Shown: positions 58,232-64,000 of the stretch, one piece after another | Layout of the letters: the number at the start of each line of letters is the position of its first letter | Position numbering within the stretch: the first letter of the stretch is position 1 | NCBI GenBank assembly: GCA_050916035.1 | Contig: CP050876.1 | Coordinates: 410,372-474,371 of the forward strand | Direction of reading: 5' to 3' | From: Vampirovibrio sp. | Lineage (GTDB): Bacteria; Cyanobacteriota; Vampirovibrionia; Vampirovibrionales; JAJTHC01 | DNA: 64,000 bases | Translations under genes and position numbers: made by a program | Notes under the pieces: model-generated | The model's database searches: none | Told to the model about the DNA's origin: nothing | The model's input: the letters and a program-made list of their open reading frames with translations, nothing else

Positions 58232-60078
58232 AAATGCCTGCTCCTCCTCCCTATCAGAAACACCCCCTATTAGAAGGCATTAATCACTTCTACTATAACC
58301 GGATTAATCATCTTCCCACACAAGGGCGACATTTTAGCGATACTTGGCACGCTTCCGCTCGACAGACAGAGAACCCCTTGAGCAAAGCCAGTCAACATTT
58401 TGTCGCACAGTTTATGTCCTTGCTCAGCAAGAGTGTTGAATTTTCAAATTTTGAAAAAACCCCTGAACTCTTTGGCGTTACCATCCCAAAGCTCCCCTTA
58501 ACCTTCTGTATTCTGATGTTTTTTGGATCGATGGTGCCTGCTCGTATACATTCCGAATACTTAAGAGCCTCCGATAAAGATGCTAATAATGACGGTATTC
58601 CCGAAGGTAAAGACTACCGTGCGATTCGAGACGTCATTATTCGAGATGTGGCCTCTATTTCGCTCTTTTTATTCGCCTTAGACCCCGTTAATCATGCCTT
58701 ACTTCAAAAGCGTCAACGAGATGGAGCTTTATTTAGTTTGGGTAAAAATAAGCAACCTAGCTTAATGATGATGATGAATCCCACCCTTAATCCTCGACAT
58801 GGACATCACAGTATTGATTACCCCAGCTTGGATCAACTCTACGCCTTAAGTGCCAAAGCCCCTGAAACATTGGCGAAACTTTCCGCCATGGATGAAGCCA
58901 ATGATCAAATGCACCAAGCCCTAGAGCGCTACATAAAAAGTTACCCCTTTCTTAAAAAAGGGTCTCAAACGTATTCACAGATTTTAAAAAATCCTCACGC
59001 CAGTCCGCGTCAAAAGAAAGAAGCTGCCTTCAAGCTGAAGTTTCACGACACCTTGTCGCAGCACAGTGAAGGCCTGCTCGCCCATGTACAAGCCTTAGAT
59101 GCGCGTAAAGCGTTACTCAAAATAAAATTACAGGAAGCCCTGCCTGCTTCACAACGAGGCACCTTAAATGCCAATCCTCAAGCCCTGATTCGACAACTCT
59201 TTGAGTTAGAAGGTCTAGAACGGCAAGCCGATGTAGACGCCTTAACGCTGTCTAAAGTTCAGGGCATTCTTGAAAAACGCATGGGCACCCCTGCTCAAGC
59301 AGAGAAAACAGCCACAGGCCTATGGCATACCCTTCAAACGCAAGCCTTAGTAGGAGACTTACCCCCTGAAAAAGCTTTTTTAGCCCCTGCGCGAGAAACC
59401 GTGGAGTACCAGTTATTTTCAAAAGACATGGAAAAAGCCATACAGCATGGAGACCTGAAACACTTTAATTTAATGGGGGACAAAGCCCATAACTATCAAG
59501 ATTTTATAGATGTGGCCACCCAAGCCGTTATGGCCAAGCATCCCATCCTCAATGGCAAAGCCCTTCGTTATGCGGAGGTCTTTCATACCCTGAAGGAAGA
59601 ACATTTTGGTCGTTTAGAAGAAACTATTGCGGAGTATCGCGCCAGTCAAAACCTTCTAGATACGCTAAAAGATCCCCAACACGGGACTGCCATTTTAGAG
59701 CACTTAAAAGCCCTCTACCAACATTCAGGTCAAGCCATGGCTGAAGTGGATACGCTAGATGCCCACGTCAAAGCATTACAAGCAGAGGGTAAAGACTTTT
59801 TGAAGGCGTCTGTCCACTTAGGGGGTAAAACGATTGACTTACCATGGGTAGAAGGCATTGCGGAAAAACTACAGCTCAAAACCCTCAAACGCTTAGATGT
59901 CCGTAAGCTTCTTTCTGAATCTGCACGCAATATGCGCTCTCCCGTTGATTTTATGGGCTACGTTTTTGTTGCCAGTGTCATTGGCTACTTCCCTGTTTGG
60001 TTAAATCAAGTGGTCACCGACACCGAATTTCGACTCACCAAAGCCGCCGAAGCGTCAAAGCCCAAGCAAGCCCCCTAG
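58228..60078 (+). CDS. hypothetical large alpha-helical membrane-anchored protein (second gene of operon)
   Basis: 616 aa, rich in Ala/Leu/Gln/Glu helices. Transmembrane segments 'LPLTFCILMFFGSMVPA' and C-terminal 'FMGYVFVASVIGYFPVWL' are present. It is translationally coupled to the upstream gene. Confidence 0.45.
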   Translation: MKMPAPPPYQKHPLLEGINHFYYNRINHLPTQGRHFSDTWHASARQTENPLSKASQHFVAQFMSLLSKSVEFSNFEKTPELFGVTIPKLPLTFCILMFFGSMVPARIHSEYLRASDKDANNDGIPEGKDYRAIRDVIIRDVASISLFLFALDPVNHALLQKRQRDGALFSLGKNKQPSLMMMMNPTLNPRHGHHSIDYPSLDQLYALSAKAPETLAKLSAMDEANDQMHQALERYIKSYPFLKKGSQTYSQILKNPHASPRQKKEAAFKLKFHDTLSQHSEGLLAHVQALDARKALLKIKLQEALPASQRGTLNANPQALIRQLFELEGLERQADVDALTLSKVQGILEKRMGTPAQAEKTATGLWHTLQTQALVGDLPPEKAFLAPARETVEYQLFSKDMEKAIQHGDLKHFNLMGDKAHNYQDFIDVATQAVMAKHPILNGKALRYAEVFHTLKEEHFGRLEETIAEYRASQNLLDTLKDPQHGTAILEHLKALYQHSGQAMAEVDTLDAHVKALQAEGKDFLKASVHLGGKTIDLPWVEGIAEKLQLKTLKRLDVRKLLSESARNMRSPVDFMGYVFVASVIGYFPVWLNQVVTDTEFRLTKAAEASKPKQAP

Positions 60079-60133
60079 CTCGTGTTGAGCTTGGGTTAAG
60101 ACGATACATTTTAATTAAACGTTCATGTGTTCT

Positions 60134-60161
60134 TTTGAATTTTAGTCTTTCTCACGTATAA
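60134..60161 (+). promoter_or_regulatory. sigma70-like promoter of the purS-purQ operon (TTGAAT-N16-TATAAT)
   Basis: The -10 hexamer is consensus. The roughly 35-nt 5' untranslated region is too short for a purine riboswitch. Confidence 0.5.
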
Positions 60162-60203
60162 TGAATCACAGTTAATTAAGGTCCAAGCAAAGGGAAAATT
60201 CGT

Positions 60204-60473
60204 ATGCCCACCTATCACGCCGAACTACTGATTGCCACACGAGCCAATGTACTGCACCCTGAAAGTAGAGCGGTAGAAGAAGCCTTACACCAATTGGGAC
60301 ATACAGAAGTCAGTACCCTTCAGGTGAGTAAGCATATTTCTTTTCGCTTAGAGGCGCCGCACGAAGCCGACGCTCAAAAGAAAATTGAAATCATGACCCA
60401 TGAATTGTTAGCCAACCCCGTGATTGAAGATATGCATCTCTTGAATTTAACTGTAGGGGAGGCCTCTTCATGA
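60204..60473 (+). CDS. purS: phosphoribosylformylglycinamidine synthase subunit PurS
   Basis: Size is about 85 aa and the fold matches the PurS ferredoxin-like family ('HAELLIATRANVLHPESRAVEEALHQLGH'). It overlaps purQ by 4 bp. Confidence 0.8.
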   Translation: MPTYHAELLIATRANVLHPESRAVEEALHQLGHTEVSTLQVSKHISFRLEAPHEADAQKKIEIMTHELLANPVIEDMHLLNLTVGEASS

Positions 60474-61183
60474 AGGAGTCGTCTCTCACCATTGGGGTGG
60501 TTGTTTTTCCAGGAACCAATTGTGACCAAGATATTGTCGAAGCCCTAGAAGTCAACGTCCCGCAGGCTAAAGTGCTTCGTTTGTGGCATGACCACCTTCC
60601 CTTAGAGCCCTTAAGCCTACACCTACAAGGTCTCATTTTACCAGGGGGCTTTAGCTATGGAGACTACCTCCGCTGTGGGGCGATTGCCAAACAGTCTAAA
60701 TTAATGCATGCCATTCAGGACTTTTCACAAGACGGCGGGGTCATCATTGGCATTTGTAATGGATTTCAAATCCTCACAGAAGCAGGTTTATTAGAAGGCG
60801 CCTTGATTCAGAATAAAAACCGCCGTTTTATCTGCCAGCAACGGACTCGTTTAAGTGTGGTGTCCACTCAATCCCCTTTAATGCAAGGATACACGGCAGG
60901 ACAGGTCATTGAAATGCCCATTGCCCACGGAGAAGGTTGCTACCTGGCGGATGCCTCCACTTTAGAGCGTCTAGAAGCAAACGGGCAAGTGGCGTTCCGT
61001 TATGAAGAAGACGTCAATGGCTCCTTGAACGGTATTGCAGGGATTACCAATGAAAAAGGCAATGTCTTAGGTTTAATGCCGCATCCAGAACGAAATTTAC
61101 TGCCACAGCTGCTAGGGGGCTTTACGGGAGAAGGACGTCCCTTTTTTCAAGCCTTGGCAAAAGAATTAAAACCCCTGGCTTGA
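60470..61183 (+). CDS. purQ: phosphoribosylformylglycinamidine synthase glutaminase subunit PurQ
   Basis: Class I glutamine amidotransferase with catalytic 'GICNGFQIL' and 'MPHPER'. Confidence 0.9.
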   Translation: MKESSLTIGVVVFPGTNCDQDIVEALEVNVPQAKVLRLWHDHLPLEPLSLHLQGLILPGGFSYGDYLRCGAIAKQSKLMHAIQDFSQDGGVIIGICNGFQILTEAGLLEGALIQNKNRRFICQQRTRLSVVSTQSPLMQGYTAGQVIEMPIAHGEGCYLADASTLERLEANGQVAFRYEEDVNGSLNGIAGITNEKGNVLGLMPHPERNLLPQLLGGFTGEGRPFFQALAKELKPLA

Positions 61184-61278
61184 TAAGCGAATTTTGTCTT
61201 TGTTTCTCATATAATTAAAGTCACTACTTTTTTAATCCCGCGTCGTAGACATAAAGTCATAACCCCATAGGTACGAAC

Positions 61279-62430
61279 ATGAATGCCGTTTCTTCTGAAC
61301 AAAATGCTGCTTGGCTAGTCCTTGAAAATGGATCCATCTACCCAGGGGCTTCCGTCGGAAAACGAGGCGAAGCCTTTGGTGAGCTCGTCTTTAATACGGC
61401 TTGCACGGGATATCAAGAAATGTTAACCGACCCGAGCTACAAAGGGCAAATGATTTTAATGACTTCTCCTGAAATTGGCAATACAGGGGTCAATACGGAA
61501 GATGTGGAATCTCAAGGCATGCACGCGTCAGGCTTAGTGGTGCGTCGTTTAAGTAAGGTGACTTCCAACTGGCGCGCCGCAGGTAGCCTAGACACCGCAC
61601 TGAAGTACGCGGGAGTCGTCGGTATTGAAGGGGTCGATACACGGGCCATTACGCGGGCCATTCGTAGTGAAGGATCCTTAAAATGTGGGATCACGAGCAA
61701 GGGAGACACGCTCGCTTCCTTTTTAGAGGCCGTCAAAGCCCAACCCAGCTTAGATGAACAAGATTTGGTCTTTCAAGTCTCGACGGCTCGTCCTTATGTG
61801 CTACCCCCTTTATCAAAGGAAGCCCCTGACACCTATGCATTAGAGCGCCTAGTGGTGGTGGATTATGGAGTCAAGCAAAACATTTTACGCCAATTACAGC
61901 GATTGGTTCGAAGCATTACCGTAGTGCCCGCCAATACCTCCTATGACGCGGTGATGAGCTACGCCCCACAAGCGGTTTTTCTGTCCAATGGACCGGGAGA
62001 TCCTCGCCGTCTTCAGGGCGCCGTGGCCCTCGCCAAACGCTGTATGGACAACCGCCTCCCGATTTTTGGCATTTGTTTAGGTCATCAAATCCTGAGTTTA
62101 GCGGTGGGTTTACAGGCTAAGAAAATGGCCTTTGGTCACCATGGTAGCAACCACCCTGTTCAAGATCTCGTCACGAAGATGATTTACATCACGAGTCAAA
62201 ACCATAGCTATGAGGTATGCCCCCCGGAAGATGCCCATGTCGCCGAAGACATCCTCATCACCCATATTAACCTCAATGATGGAAGCGTAGAAGGCATGCG
62301 CCATAAACATTTACCTGTCATGAGTGTTCAGTTTCATCCTGAAGCCTGCCCTGGTCCAGAAGAAGCCAGTATCATCTTTCATCAATTCATTCATGCTTGT
62401 GCCACGTGGGTCTTACAGGTCAACGCCTAA
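61279..62430 (+). CDS. carA: carbamoyl-phosphate synthase small (glutaminase) subunit
   Basis: N-terminal CPSase small-chain domain ('GEAFGELVFNTACTGYQEMLTDPSYKGQ') and a GATase domain with 'GICLGHQIL' are present. Confidence 0.9.
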   Translation: MNAVSSEQNAAWLVLENGSIYPGASVGKRGEAFGELVFNTACTGYQEMLTDPSYKGQMILMTSPEIGNTGVNTEDVESQGMHASGLVVRRLSKVTSNWRAAGSLDTALKYAGVVGIEGVDTRAITRAIRSEGSLKCGITSKGDTLASFLEAVKAQPSLDEQDLVFQVSTARPYVLPPLSKEAPDTYALERLVVVDYGVKQNILRQLQRLVRSITVVPANTSYDAVMSYAPQAVFLSNGPGDPRRLQGAVALAKRCMDNRLPIFGICLGHQILSLAVGLQAKKMAFGHHGSNHPVQDLVTKMIYITSQNHSYEVCPPEDAHVAEDILITHINLNDGSVEGMRHKHLPVMSVQFHPEACPGPEEASIIFHQFIHACATWVLQVNA

Positions 62431-62852
62431 TGACGAACCACCTGCTTCGCATCGGCTATACCCTATTAGTGGTGGATTCCGTTGCAGAGAGTCTTCCGCT
62501 TTGGGAAAAGGGCCTTGGATTTATTCTTGAAGAAGACTCAAAAGAAAATGGATACCAACCCTTGGTGTCTACAACGGGTCAAAAATGGGCACTCGTGGAA
62601 GCCCCCGTACTTGAACGCTATTCGGGCATCCCTCTCACCCTACCCAAGCCCCTAGAACACACCTGGCAGAATCCTCTGTTTGTGAGTCTTGAAGTCACCC
62701 TTTTAGAAGAAACCCTCCAACGCTTAAAGTCTTTTGGGATTCATATACTAAAAGCCCCCACCCGTATGCCATGGGGAGCCAACGTCGCCTTTGTTCAGGA
62801 TCTTCGTAGTGGGTTATGTTTTGAACTCATGGAAATCAAAGCCTCTTCGTAA
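62430..62852 (+). CDS. VOC/glyoxalase-family protein (hypothetical)
   Basis: About 140 aa with a paired beta-alpha-beta-beta-beta fold-like pattern. The start ATG at 62430 overlaps the carA stop (TAATG). Assignment is weak. Confidence 0.4.
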   Translation: MTNHLLRIGYTLLVVDSVAESLPLWEKGLGFILEEDSKENGYQPLVSTTGQKWALVEAPVLERYSGIPLTLPKPLEHTWQNPLFVSLEVTLLEETLQRLKSFGIHILKAPTRMPWGANVAFVQDLRSGLCFELMEIKASS

Positions 62853-62892
62853 GCCTTAGCCTATGGACGATTAACAAAAAGGGGGTAGCCCC

Positions 62893-64000
62893 TTATAACG
62901 CTTGCGATTGGGTATAATACTTCAAAATAGCTTGCACAATGTGTTGAGACGCGTGAGGCGTGGCATGTGCTAAAGCCCGCTGAGCCAAGCGTTCGCGACG
63001 CGAAGGATGCTGCAACCATTGACGAATAATGTCCTGAAGTTGCGCCACAGAAGACACACGATGCCCCATGCCCTTCGCCTCTAGCCAGTCCGCCGTCCCT
63101 GCTTCCTGAGGCATCAACCGTTTTTGAGTGTCAATCAACAAGGGAACCCCATAATGCAACGATTCAAACACCGTAGACGCCCCTGGCTTGGTAATCATCG
63201 CATCAGACAAAGGATATAGCGTGGTCATGTCATCCGCCGTAGACGTCAGTAAAATATGTCGATACTCTTGGGCGTTGATGAAGGCTTGCCAACGTTTTTT
63301 CAGTTTGGTATGACTCCCCGTTTGAAAAATAATATTCACCTGTAAATGTAAGCCAGACGCCAGAAAATCCTTCAATAAGGCCTCAATAGACCCACCCCCT
63401 GCCCAGCCCGCATTAAAAAATAAGGTCAAGCGATCCGCTCTGTCTCCCCAGACGGCTTTCCGCAAGGCTTGGCGTTCTGATGTATTGAAAGGCAGCGTAT
63501 ACGACGCCATCGGCAAACCAATTTCACTCATCGCCTGCGGAGGCACCCCATAATCAGTCAATTGCTGACTCGCCCCAGGGGTTGCGGTAAAATAATGCGA
63601 CACCGTTGAATACGCCCAACCCTTCCAAAACCCATAGCAAGGGTCACTCACCACCGTATATAAAGGTAAAGGAGAAACCGCCAGCGGATGTTGCTTGGCA
63701 TGCGCTCTTTGTAGCATCCCGCCAAAATATTGCAGCATCGGGTGAACTGAAATAACAAGATCAGGTTGATGCACCTTAATCAAGGCTTCTGCATAAGCAC
63801 GCATCGGTTCTAAAATCAAAGCTTGATGCGACAAATTCAAGAGGTTAATCAAATGATAATAAACAAACATCCATGCTTGAGCGTGTCGTAAAATCCAGTT
63901 ATAAATCGCTGACAACGCCTTGTTTAAAAGTGTGGACGATTCCAACACATTTTCAATGTGAACGGTCTTAGGGGATGAATGACGCCCCTGCTCCTCAATG
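62893..64000 (-). CDS. MGDG-synthase-like glycosyltransferase (GT28 family), 5' end beyond window
   Basis: The C-terminal 'GASTVFESLHYGVPLLIDTQKRLMPQEAGTADWLEAKGMGHRV' is the GT28 MurG/MGDG-synthase donor-binding motif. The reading frame stays open to the window edge upstream of 63948. Confidence 0.65.
   Translation of the reverse strand, partial: IEEQGRHSSPKTVHIENVLESSTLLNKALSAIYNWILRHAQAWMFVYYHLINLLNLSHQALILEPMRAYAEALIKVHQPDLVISVHPMLQYFGGMLQRAHAKQHPLAVSPLPLYTVVSDPCYGFWKGWAYSTVSHYFTATPGASQQLTDYGVPPQAMSEIGLPMASYTLPFNTSERQALRKAVWGDRADRLTLFFNAGWAGGGSIEALLKDFLASGLHLQVNIIFQTGSHTKLKKRWQAFINAQEYRHILLTSTADDMTTLYPLSDAMITKPGASTVFESLHYGVPLLIDTQKRLMPQEAGTADWLEAKGMGHRVSSVAQLQDIIRQWLQHPSRRERLAQRALAHATPHASQHIVQAILKYYTQSQAL

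Noticed and set aside
1-64000. CRISPR arrays, tRNA/rRNA genes, prophage integrase or att sites
   Set aside because: There are no direct-repeat/spacer arrays. I found no tRNA-like T-loop/acceptor structures in the intergenic regions I inspected. There are no integrase, recombinase or phage structural genes.

Overview
This 64 kb window is a chromosomal segment of a flagellated diderm bacterium. Core genes run about 48-52% GC. Lineage cannot be assigned from sequence alone; an RpaB-like OmpR-family regulator, an MGDG-synthase-like GT28 and a fused two-subunit KorAB are weak hints only.

Positions 1-10.6 kb form a low-GC (about 33-40%) surface-glycan island on the minus strand. It holds GT2 and GT4-like glycosyltransferases, a DegT-family aminotransferase, an SGNH-like protein, FdtA-like and FdtC-like genes, and a gmd / ColD-like / Fcl-like trio that predicts a GDP-3,6-dideoxyhexose (colitose-type) pathway. 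One glycosyltransferase-like gene in this island is split by an 840-bp IS5-family element (IS427/IS1031-like, orfA/orfB with an A7G -1 frameshift motif). An identical second copy lies 41.5 kb away in inverted orientation, about 110 bp upstream of an orphan prepilin-type gene.

Between the IS copies are housekeeping genes: rpsR, rpsB-tsf, a FliA-like sigma factor, fusA, yidC, coaBC, tadA, cysK, rdgB, fliS, a MotB-like gene, tpx, pepP, pheT, an orphan OmpR-type response regulator, ctpA, korAB, a class V aminotransferase, tmk, serA and a fasciclin gene. After the second IS come metY, rsgA, a polyprenyl synthase, prfB (no programmed frameshift), purS-purQ, carA and a partial MGDG-synthase-like gene at the window edge.

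Main findings for follow-up:
- A 41-aa Met/Cys-rich leader peptide (7 Met, 4 Cys; run MPCMPMMPCM) with mutually exclusive terminator/antiterminator stems directly upstream of metY. This looks like a ribosome-mediated methionine attenuator, which is not a classical system.
- A roughly 230-bp structured two-hairpin repeat present twice in intergenic regions.
- Four large lineage-specific alpha-helical proteins that share a Lys/Pro-rich linker and a C-terminal tail anchor; two are co-transcribed behind a strong promoter.
- A Tyr/Pro-rich membrane protein.
- A low-GC island encoding a four-TM protein whose 3' end overlaps the prfB start.
- A candidate small RNA between the fasciclin gene and the second IS copy.

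No rRNA, tRNA or CRISPR arrays were found.
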